NCBI GenBank assembly: GCA_025558095.1
Contig: JAIVFI010000054.1
Coordinates: 1 to 20,093, forward strand
DNA from: Hyaloraphidium curvatum SAG 235-1
Taxonomy: Eukaryota > Fungi > Monoblepharomycota
Length of the DNA stretch: 20,093 bases
Direction of reading: 5' to 3'
The position numbers were made by a program, and so were the translations under genes. The notes under the pieces are model-generated. The model was not told where the DNA came from, did no database searches, and worked only from the letters and a program-made list of their open reading frames with translations. Below, in pieces: positions 8,086 to 18,170 of this stretch; position 1 is the stretch's first letter, and each line of letters begins with the position of its first letter.

Positions 8086-10366
8086 TCACACCTTGGCCAC
8101 CATCTCCGGCTTGGGCCCCGCCGCCTCCTCCCACGCATACCCGCTGCTAGCCTGGCTCGCCGCGTCCTCCCCCGCCCCGGGCTCCTCCTTCCGCCGCGTC
8201 GTACGGTAGAGGAGGGTACCCCCGCCCCGCCGAGCAGCGCGGCGCCGCCCAGGGCGCCGAGGGTGATCCACAGCGGGGTGAGGTTTCGGCCCCCGCGGCG
8301 ATTCGACGGGGAGCGCGGTGGTGCCGGGGGGTGCGCGTGGGGATGCGGGTCGGGGTGCGGGTGGCGGTTGCCGGCGGTGCGGGTGGGGACGGCGGTGCCG
8401 GTGGGCTGCGGCCGCCGATCCGCGCCGCGCAACCCTCGCCGAGCTCGATACCGCACGCACCGAGGGGTTCGCGCACGAGGGTAGGCGCCCGAGTCCATGA
8501 GGAGGAAGGATTCCCCCGAACGCGCGGCCGAAGCCGACGATGCTGCGGAGGGAGCCGGGGCAGGGCAGGCCGCCGCCGGAGTCGGTGCACCGCAGCGGTA
8601 CGGTCTGCGTCTGCCAGATTCCTTCCCCGTCGAGCTCGGTGACGAAACCGCCGCCGTACAGGTCGGCGGAGAGGTAGGCGCAGGCCTTGCAGCAGGTCGC
8701 GGCGGCCGGGGTGGAAGACGCCGCCCCGTCACGGAGCGCGGGCCGTCAGAATGCTCGTAGATGAAGACCGGGGCGACGAAATCGGCGCCGGGGGGCGGGC
8801 CCTGGGGGCGGTACCGGTACGTGCCTTCGAAGAAGGGCCAGCCGTGGTTGGTGCCGGCCGTGACCACCGTGAGCTCCTCTTGCCTGTCGGGGAAAGGAAT
8901 CGCATTCAGCTGTGCACATGGTGACCGCCGTCTTCACCGGATACGCACCTGTTCTGCCCGACGTCGCCGCACATCATCGTCTCCCCCTGCCCCGGGATCC
9001 AATCGCACCTCCACGGGTTCCTCAGCCCCGCCGCCCACGTCCTCGGCCCTCCACCCCTCGCCGAACACATCCTCGGTCCCGTACGGTGCCCCCTCGGCCG
9101 CGCGGGACATGTCGAGCTTGAGAATCTTGCCCATGAGCGACGACGGCGCCTGCGCGAGGTTGTACGGGTCCCCGGCGTTGCCGCCGTCCCCGAACATCAC
9201 GTACAGCGCGGTCGAGTTGGCGGGGCCGAAGACGACCTGCCCGCCGTTGTGGTTGGCGAAGGGCTGCCCGATGCGGAGGATCTGGCGGACCTCCCGGGGG
9301 GGCGTCGAGGCGGCCGAGTATTCCGCGATGACCGAGACGTAGCGGCACAGGTCGGCCGACTGCGACGTGCACTGCGGGCGCACGCAGGCGCATTCGGCGG
9401 CGGGCGGGCAGGTGTCGGGCATCTCGCGGGAGTCGCAGGTGTAGGAGATGTAGAAGAGGCGGTTGGAGGCGAACTCGGGGTGGAAGGCGATCGAGAACAT
9501 GCCCAGCTCGCCGCTGTAGCGCACGAGCGACGAGACGCTGAACCACGGGCTCTGCGGGGGCAGCCGCGCGTTCTCGTCGGGCCGCCAGCTGCGAAGATCG
9601 TGCAGGAAGAAGTTGCCCGACTGCGTGTGCGTGACGACGGTGCTGGGGGCGCCGGGGTACTCGTGCAGGGACAGCACGCGGTTCGTGGTGACCCGCGTGA
9701 GGCACAGCGGGTGGTGCGTCACGGGGCCCGTGACGGCGGTGCCGCCATCCGTGGTGCCGTTGCCGCCGTCGAAGGTGGGCTCGTAGACCGTCGACCGAGT
9801 AGCAGTAGCCGCCCTCGGTCGAGTTGAAGGTGGCCGCGGCGCAGAAGGCGTCGGCGGTCGGGTAGGTGGCCGGCCAGCGAGCCGGTGCGGTTGCCGAGGA
9901 ACCGGGTTGACGGGCATCTCGACGAGGCGGCAGGCCGAGTAGAGGTCGCGGCAGAAGCCCGTGCACAGTATCGGCGCCGGGCGATGGCCACGTCTCGGCC
10001 GGCGGCGGCGGCCTCCTCGGTGCCGAACAGGTGGGCGCCCCAGCCATCGCAGTGCGAGCAGGAAATTCCCCGCATCAGCACGGAGCAGCGGTCGGTCTCG
10101 GGCAGGCCGCCCGTCCAGCGCCGGAACTCGGCGGCCCGCAGCGAGTCCTGCGCCGCCGAGCAGCAGCCGTCGGCGGCGTACGCCGGGCAGAAGGCGAGCG
10201 ACCCGCGATTCGACGGGAACTCGACGTTGTTGGCGCACAGCGGGTGGGCGGCGGCGGGCAGCAGGCCGGCGAGCAGCGAAAGCGCAGAGGCCGCGAGCAG
10301 CGCGGAAACCCGCGCCGTGCGGAGCAGCGCCCCGGGCGCGGTGGCGCGCATGGTGTCCGTCGGCAT
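8086..10366 (-). CDS. HIPL1/HHIP-like protein: signal peptide, folate-receptor-like Cys-rich domain, glucose/sorbosone dehydrogenase-type beta-propeller, Pro/Thr linker, TM helix, short tail (several frameshifts)
   Basis: The signal ends ...AAA-HPLC; LAFCPAYAADGCC; CSHCDGWGAHLF. Propeller motifs ELGMFSIAFHPEF, HNGGQVVFGP, LYVMFGDGG..GDP, MGKILKLD, GLRNPWR, GDVGQN and NHGWPFFEG. Intron 8884-8948. TM LWITLGALGGAALLGGAG. Start at 10366 or 10351. Confidence 0.85.
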
Positions 10367-11120
10367 CGCGGGGCGTGCTCGCCGGGATCTGGCGCCGATT
10401 CGAGTGTGTGCGTGTGCGAGGGCACACGGTGCTGCGGCCGGCCGCCGGGGGCGGAGCGGCTCACGCGGACGCAACACCACCCCCAGGGACCCGGCAAAAC
10501 GAAAGGAAATCGGACCCTCGCCGCCTGCAGACACGGGATTCTGACTGATGAGAGGGCGCCGCAGCAGTGGCCGGAGGGCCGGCCGGCGATCCGGTGACCG
10601 GATTCCGAGCCAGGGCGCCCGCGGAGAGATCCGACCCTGTAGGGACTCAGCATTCGGAGGTCAGGATCCCTTTATGTGAAAGGCCTTTCTGCAGCTGCTA
10701 CAGGATCAGCCCTTGTCGATTTCGTTCGATTTCCGGTTTTTCGCATCGTCTCTGTTGGACACCGCAGGTAAGATCAGGCAGCCGAAGGGGCTTCCCCCGC
10801 TACAACACAACTGTCGCGGACATCATGCCAAATCCGGGCCCAACAAGTGCCCGGCATCGTCCAAGGACGATGATTCGCCAGTCCGAGGTGAATCGGGGCC
10901 GACTGACCCCCGATGCCTCCGCCGATGCCTGCACAGCGACGCAATGCCTCTCCGCAAGACAATCCTCCGTACGAGACCTGGACCGGCCAGCCGCGGACTC
11001 CGCTGCCTGATCGACAACCGTGGCGGACTCATCCAGCGAGTCTTTCTACAAGTAGGGGATCTCAACCCCTCCGGCATACCCCAGATCCCTTGCTGGCCGC
11101 CGACGTGTACCCGCAACGCC

Positions 11121-11941
11121 ATGGCCTCCTCCTCCGGCGGACCTACGGACGGCCACGCGGTACCTGCGACCGAATCTACCTCCGCCCCCTCCAAACCGCC
11201 GAATCCGGGTCGCGATGCGCCTCCGGAGCCCTCCGAACCCGACCCTCCCCCATCCTTCATGCGGCAGACAATCTCCCCGAGCTATGCGCGATGGCCGCTC
11301 ATCGCCTACTTTGCGGTTGCGGGGATCGTCGATGCCGCACCCTCGTCGGCTTCTCCCTTGTCTTCTCCTCGAACCAGACGGGCAACCTGCTCATCCTCGG
11401 CATCTCTCTCGCCGGCCTCGCCGTCCCCTCCCTCCCCGCGCTCGCCCCACCCATCCCACACGCGGTGTCCATCGCCTCCTTCATCGCCGGCTCCCTCCTC
11501 GCCGGCCTCGCCCTCCCCCCCGCCCCCGGCCCTCGGACGCGCGGCGCCTTCGTCGTTTCGGACCTCGCCCAGGCCGCCCTGCTCCTCTGCTGCGCCGTCG
11601 CCGCCATCTTCGGCGCCCCCGGCAACGCGGTGCTCGCCATCGCGTCGCTCTGCATGGGCGCGCAGGCGGCGCACGCGAGGAGGTCCGGGGTCGCGGAGCT
11701 GTCGGCGACGACGGTGGTCACCAGCGTGCTGTCGGACCTGGCGTCGGACCCGGGGCTGCTGAGGGGCAGGAACGCGGCCAGGGATAACCGGATTTTGGGG
11801 GTGGCGGGGATGTTCGCGGGGGCGTTCGGCGGGGCCGCGCTGTGCGGTGCCGCGGGGGCCGGGTGGGCGCTGCTGGCGTCGGCGGGGGGCAAGGCGGCGT
11901 GCGCGACGTCGTGGCTGCTCCTGCCGGGGGAGAACGGATAG
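11121..11941 (+). CDS. DUF1275/YoaK-family membrane protein (one frameshift near 11336-11342)
   Basis: Motifs AGIVDA, FSSNQTGNLLILG, MGAQ, TTVVTSVLSDLASDP and N..RDNR, plus multiple hydrophobic segments. Needs two ORFs (10713..11762 then 10913..11941) to be joined. Confidence 0.85.
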
Positions 11942-12090
11942 GGCTCTTGTTGCAGCTTCCGTCGGACTGGCTTCGAATCGACAAAGCTCATTCTCGGGCC
12001 TCGAATACAAACGAAACAGCAAAACTACAGATCGCCGCCTCCCTCCTCCTCCACCACCAATCTTTTCTCCCGGCGCGGCCCTCCAACCCC

Positions 12091-12701
12091 TCATTCGGCC
12101 TTCTTCTTCGCGGCACCCGAGCGCGAAGCCCCGATGACCAACAGCGCCCCGAGCAGCGCGGCGTTCTTCATGACGTGGGTGATCTCCGCGATTTGCTGCG
12201 GGCTGCCCGCAGAGTAGGTCGAAGGGTTGTGGTACACGGGCGTGACGGCGGCCAGGAAGGCGATGAGGAGGGGGACGCCCATGGAGTTTCCGATGAGGAA
12301 GAAGAACCCGCCTGGAGGGAAACGTCAGCCTCTGTCGGGCGCGGGAGGGGGCCGCGGGGGCAGGACCCACCGAGGAGTTCCATCCCAATGGCGGCGTAGA
12401 CGGCGTAGGTCACGGCGTCGGTGTAGTGCGAGCCCAGGAGCTCCGCAAAGTTGACGGTCTTGAACTCGTCGAACTTTGTCCGCGTGCCGGCGACGACGGG
12501 GCCCATGTCCTGCAGCTTCGTGACGCCGGAGAGGATAAAGAGCGCTGGAGGAGGCATGTGCGGGGTAGCGGAGACGGAGACGGCAGCGGGAACGGTGTCG
12601 GCGTGGCGGCGGGAACGGGGTCAGCGTGGCCCGGCAACTGCGGCCGCGGAGCGCCCACCGGAGAAGAGCGCCCGGCCGACGAACTTCTGGAGCGACGACA
12701 T
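12091..12701 (-). CDS. HR-like lesion-inducing / DoxX-SURF4-clan small membrane protein
   Basis: Introns 12545-12658 and 12312-12370 give MSSLQKFVGRALFSALFILSGVTKL...AIGMELLGGFFFLIG...AFLAAVTPVYHN...MKNAALLGALL...AAKKKAE*. The ending resembles a dilysine ER-retrieval signal. Confidence 0.8.
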
Positions 12702-13010
12702 CGCGGCAAGGAAGAGCGGGTGTGTCTCGGTGTACGATGTGGTGGTGGAGGCGCGGCGGTTTCGGGGTGGGCGGTCTTTGAAGGGGTCCGGCCCATCGCA
12801 AGCTCGTGTGGACCCCCAGTGAAGTCAGCAGCGCCAAGTCGGCCCAATACCTCCTGGGAATGCGACTTATAGAAGCAGAAGTGCGGGAATACAATGCAAA
12901 TGAGAGCAGAATGAATACACGGCTGTGCGACCCCGGCGGCAAGACTCCACATCTCTTGGTTCGATGTCAACTGTCAAGTTCCCGGCCAGTTCCACGTCCC
13001 CTGCAGACCA

Positions 13011-13915
13011 TCAACGACCCAGCGCCGAGCTCACGTAGCTCCCCACCCTGCAGCGCGGCACCACCCTCGCCGTCACCCTGGTCCCCCAGTTCTGCGGCTT
13101 CCAGCGGAAGTAGGTGAGGGCGAAGAAGTCGACGTGGCACGGGTCGAGCCCCCATCCCACGTCATCCACGCGGACGCAGCCGTTGTGCACCTTGCCGCCG
13201 GTGCCGGGAACCACCTTGCCGTAGAGCTCGCGGAGGAAGAGAAAGGTGCCGAAGGGGAGGTCGTTGACAGCTGCGTGGCCACGGGCGAGTCGGTCGGTCA
13301 GCATCACCCGCAAAGCAGCACTGCCGACGGAAACCTACCGACGCTGACGAAAGGCTCGAGCGCGTTGTTCCTGCTCCCGATCCCGAACGGGAACCTCTGC
13401 CTGTTCAGCGCACGGAAGCACTGGTGTCCCACCAGGTTGAGCAGCACCTTGTTCCTCGTGAAGCACGTCCCCTGGGTATGGCAAGCATCGTAGAAAGCCC
13501 GGCTGGTCTTTCCGAACGAATGGTTGGTCCGGCACTCGATCAGGTCAAGCTCGTGCGGGCCGCGGAGGCACCGCGGGGATGCCTAGGGGGGCGTCCTGCA
13601 TGCCCTCGATGGGGATCCAGTACTGCGTGAAGCGGGCGGTGCCACCTCCGCGATACGAATTGCAGGTGTCCAGCACAGCGCGCGAGGTGAGGTTCCACCG
13701 GCCGGGGGGCTGGTTCTGGTCCGCGCCCCGGTTGCTCAGATCCGAAAGCACAACCGGGAGGTAGCTCGAGGGGATCTCGGGGTCGGTCATGTTGGGAGGC
13801 ACCGGGAAGGGGAGGTTGAAGCTGATTTCGCCTTCCGCAGGGCTGGGATCAGCCGAAGACGTCGCCAGAGGGGCAAGGAGGGGCGAGCGCCGCGAGGAGG
13901 AGCGAACGTGCCGAT
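13011..13915 (-). CDS. Probably secreted 3D-domain (MltA-like, double-psi beta-barrel) protein; start uncertain, frameshifts near 13570 and 13885
   Basis: Reconstructed sequence: ARFTQYWIPIEG...FYDACHTQGTC...FGIGSRNNALEPFVSVAVNDLPFGTFLFLRELYG...HNGCVRVDDVGWGLDPCHVDFF. Intron 13271-13338. The hydrophobic N-terminal stretch (SLLLAALA..LAPLATSSA) is split across frames. Confidence 0.7.
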
Positions 13916-14946
13916 GCAAAAGAATTGCTTCGGTCCCACGCTCGTCGGAGCCACGAGTGGGCGAGAATCGGGGGCGGCGCCTCTGAAGTCCCGCCTCCGG
14001 AACCAACAGAAGCGGCTCTGGCCCACAATTCTCCCCGTCCGCACCGCCGCGAGCATGCGGGCCAGGTTTTCCGCCTTTCCCTGGCGGCCACAATGGCCGG
14101 CCTGCCCGACCCATGGCTCTGAAGTCGGGGACGGCTCACCCGGCCGGTCCGCTTCGCCTTCGAGCCCCCGCCGCCGCCGCTCGGCCGCAATGGCCGCAAT
14201 GGCCGCACCGCTCACGCAACAACAAACAGGCACCAGAAGTCTGCGCGGAGTGGGCAGAAGCTCGGAAATAGGAGGGGAAAGTGGGCACGCCCCGGTCAAT
14301 CTGGACGGAGAGCCGATGGAAGAGTGCCGGGACTTTTGCTCTTTGGCGGGCGGCGTTTGCCGTTGCGAGCCCCCCCACGGGCCCCCAAGTCCCCCGCTTA
14401 GCAAACCCCGCCGTTCAGGGCTCCGGCCAGCCGACCTAGCTGTCAACGCACATGAACAAGAAGACGTTGGACTTTTGGATGGCATTTGCACGAACGGAAG
14501 AAACTGTGGCGAATAGCGTGCGAAGACCCGTTTGACACGAGGCAGAAGCAAGCCAGACTATCACAGAGCACTCCCACTCGGTCCAGTCTGACCGACGTTC
14601 CCCTGCCCTTGAACGCATCCATTTCCCAATGCCCTCCGTCCCGATCGGGCAGGCGGCGCCCGGGGCAAATGGAAGGCCGCGGCCGGCGAGCGGCATCCGG
14701 CCTTACGGGTAGTGAACCTCGTATCGCCAAAGCCCCGTCCCTCGGAATTGCCGCCAACCCAATTGGGAGCGGGGATTCGGGCCAGCGGCTCGACGTGCGG
14801 CCCGAGGCGTTGGGAGGCGGTGCAGCGGCATAGCGGCAACCTCGAGAGCCCAAAACGGATCCCCTCGCATGCAATTCTCGCGATCACGTCACCCGCACTC
14901 AGCGAACAAGCAAGCCAACTTCCCGACACAACAACTGCGCGACAAG

Positions 14947-15418
14947 ATGAACGCCCTCCGCGTCCTACTGCTCCTTGCCGCGGCCCTCGCGCTGCTTCTC
15001 GTGTGCTCCCCCGCCGGCGCCGCTCCCGCCGACGGGTCCCTCGAGCGCCGGGCCAAGGGCGTGAACAAGGGGCCAGGGCGCCGCCAAGAAGAGCGCCGGT
15101 GGAAACAACGGCCAAGGCTGGGGCAAGCCGACTGCGCTGCCGCCGAAGGCAAAGGGCAAGGCGCTCGGGCTGAAGAGCAAGGTGGGTCGACCTCGTCCCC
15201 TCGGCGCTCTCGTCTTACCCCTTCCGTCTGCGCAGTCTGCCAAGAGCAAGAAGGTCGCCAAGACGGTCAAGAGCAAGAGCAAGTCCAAGTCGCACTCGCG
15301 CGAGATCGAGACCGAGACCGAGCGGGCCACGACCCGCACTGCCGTGGAGACGGGCACCGCCACTGCGAGCGGCACGAAGACCGGGACGGTCGAAGCTTCG
15401 GAGACCGCGAAGGCCTGA
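14947..15418 (+). CDS. Small secreted Lys-rich then Thr/Glu-rich protein of unknown function
   Basis: Signal peptide MNALRVLLLLAAALALLLVCSPAGA, propeptide ending LERR. One extra G at 15069-15072. Intron 15182-15235 (GTGGGT...CGCAG). Stop TGA 15416-15418. Confidence 0.7.
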
Positions 15419-15594
15419 AGGTGGGCAGGGTTGGGAAGCAAGAAGTTCGGTTGCTGACCCGTCCGCCGCACAATAGGGGCTTCCCCTGAGGCAAAAGGCT
15501 ATACGTATCTGTCCGAAACCCATATATCCATCTGCTTCTCGCAAACTGCACCCGGCAACGTCCGTAAGGCGACGGACATGCCAGCCGTTCCCTG

Positions 15595-18048
15595 TCACGC
15601 GACCAGCATCTTTAGCAACGCCGACAGCTCCTCCTCCCTGTCCTTGGGCAGCTCCGGCATCCGCGAAGGCCTCGATTTCGCGACCTTTTCCACGTCTGCA
15701 CCGAACACCGGCTCCCGGATCTCGTTGGCCTTGGGATCCACCATGTCCGAAAGCCTCGTGATGAGGAAGGTCGCTCCAAATCGGTTCCTTGAGCTCGTCG
15801 AGGTACTCGAGCGAACGCCCAGGGTAGTGTGAACAGATAATGCCCGACTTGTGCTTGTACCTGTCGGGCGGTCAGCATCGTCAACAGCGGCCCGTGCTCG
15901 AACGATGCGAGACGACGCACCAGCCGCCACACTCGACTGACCACACCGTCGGCTTGAGCCTCTCCTGGATACCGTCGTGCCACTGCTCCTCAGCCTCCTT
16001 CTTCGGCTCGTACGACACCTCGTCCGTGGTCTGCATCCGCCGCACGACCTGGATGACGTACTGCATCTGCGCCTCCTCGAGGATGTGGATCGACTGCGAG
16101 GCCACGGGCGCGTTCACGCCCATGAGCGGGAAGAGATTCGGGAAACCGTGGTTGCACATCGACTTGTAGCTCCACGGGTACTCCTTCCAGAGCTCGGCAA
16201 GGGTGATGCCGCCGCGGCCAACGACGGGGAAGCGCGGAATGTAGCTGCCGACGCACAGTCAGGTAGCGCTCGGTCGGGCGGAGGCGCGGAAACTTGCTTC
16301 ATGTCGAAACCAATGGCCTTGATGATGACGTCGCACTTGCGCTCGACTCCGCCAGAAACGATCCCGTCGGCGGTGAAGCGCTCGATCTCGCCGCGGACGA
16401 TGGTGGTTGTGGGCAGCTGGAGCACGTCGAGCTGCGCGGGATCGTTAAGGAGCCGGCGGACCGGTAGCAGGCAAATGGCCTACGTAGTGCTCGTGGGGCG
16501 TGAGGCGCCGGCAGCCGAGGGGATAGGAGGGTGTTAGGGTCTCCCGGACCTTGGGGTCGGGCACGAGCTTCTCCTCAAGGCCAACGCGCCTGTCGACCAG
16601 GTCAGAGCCCAACGAGCGGTCCTTTCTAAAGCACCGCCCACCTTTCGTGGCAGCCTCGCTTTCCGGGGAATCCTTGACGAACAGCGACCTGCGGCGGACG
16701 GCAGAGTTCAGTCGGCGCAAGATCAAGGCTGCGCGGCAGCAAACCAACCACAAGTTGTCCATCATCTGGAAGTTGCCTCTGTAGAATTCGTAGTTGTACT
16801 TGCGATCTTTGAACTTCTCCCTCTCCTCCGGCGTGTAGACGTGCACGTCAATATGGGGCTGACCATCCGGGGTGACCTGGGCGATGATGTAGGCTGCGAA
16901 CCTGGTGGGCACCGGGTAGGACAACGAGACTATCCGCTTACTATTCTGCCGCTGGTACGAATGAAGCTCTTTGACCTTATGCCCGATGGTCCCGATGGTC
17001 TGGATCCCCGAGGAGCCGTTGCCAATGACCGCGACGACCTTGCCCTCGAGCTGCACGTTGCGGTTGAAGCGGGCCGTGTGCATCACGGGGCCCTTGAACA
17101 GCTCCTCCCCCGGGAACTTGAAGTCCTTGACGTTGTTGAGGAACCCGCTCGCGTTGACGACCACGTGGCTCCAATCCGTCTTGACACCCTCGGGCGTGCG
17201 TACGTCCACGCGCCATGCTTGGCGCTCCTCCGACCACGTCAGGCCGATGACCTCGGCGTTGTACGTTGTGAAGGCGTCGAGGTTGTACTTGTCGCCGACT
17301 GGGCGTACGTGAACCATCAGGACCGTGAAACGGGAGAGAATGGCGATGGCTCAAACTTACTCCGCGTGAAGTATCGCTCTATTTCGTCTGCCTCGGAGTA
17401 TTCGGCCGTCCAGTCGTTGAGCTCGAACCTCCACGAATAGAAGTGGCTGGCTGCAATCGAGAAACGATTAGATTCTGTTTGCTACACCCATCTTGCCTGT
17501 CGCTTACCCAAATCACAGCGACATCCAGGGTACTTGTTCTCGTTCCATGTCCCGCCGTTCTAAGAAAACAAAGAAAGAGAGAAAGAAAAGGGGAGATTGA
17601 GCTCTCGCCGCAAGACTGTAGGAAGTTCGGCCACCAACCTTCGGGTTCTTCTCGAAGACCTTCAGGTGCACGTTCTTGAGCCTCCACTGTGCCAGCATGG
17701 CGACGGTAATGCCGCCGAGCCCCGTCCCGATACAGTCTGCCGGGCCAGCGCCCCGTAAGCTGCCGGCGGCGGACGAAACAAGGCATCGGCGCACAATGTC
17801 GATCCTGCGCAGGTCCTTGGCTCCTTCGGGGTATCCGAGCTCCGGCGCGAGGTGCCAGTCCCTGACTTCCTCCTCCGTGGGCATGGCGAGGTCCACAGCA
17901 GGGCGGACCGTGTCGTTCGGATCATAGAACTCGCGGAAGTCCACAGCCTGCAGCCGCCCGCGTCAACTGCACCGCGACACGGGCAAAGGAGCAAAGCACG
18001 CACAAGGCCGCCATTTTCGGCGCGCAGATGGGGTCGCTGAATGCCCAT
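15595..18048 (-). CDS. Class B flavoprotein monooxygenase (Baeyer-Villiger/cyclohexanone-monooxygenase-like), multi-exon
   Basis: ATG 18048, first intron 17948-18003. Motifs CIGTGLGG (FAD), GGTWNENKYPGCRCD, FKGPVMHTARF, VAVIGNGSSGIQ (NADPH), LGCRRLTP, DVIIKAIGF and HGFPNLF. The C-terminus needs a 1-nt correction near 15770. Confidence 0.9.
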
Positions 18049-18170
18049 GGCGCCGGCGGGTGTGAGCGGCGCGGGAGACAGGTGAGTTGTGGCAAAGGAC
18101 CCCGAGACGGCCGCCACACATATGCGCGCATTCGATCGACCCATGAATCTTCTGCAATAAAGTCGGATCA

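Noticed and set aside
10500-10620. CTGATGAG (10545-10552) near GAAA, resembling a hammerhead ribozyme core
   Set aside because: I could not form stems I-III with the required pairing in any topology.
10630-10710. Palindrome GAAAGGCCTTTC (10678-10689) and a short CCTGTAG/CTACAGG inverted pair
   Set aside because: Too short to support an ncRNA or a transposon end; compatible with chance.
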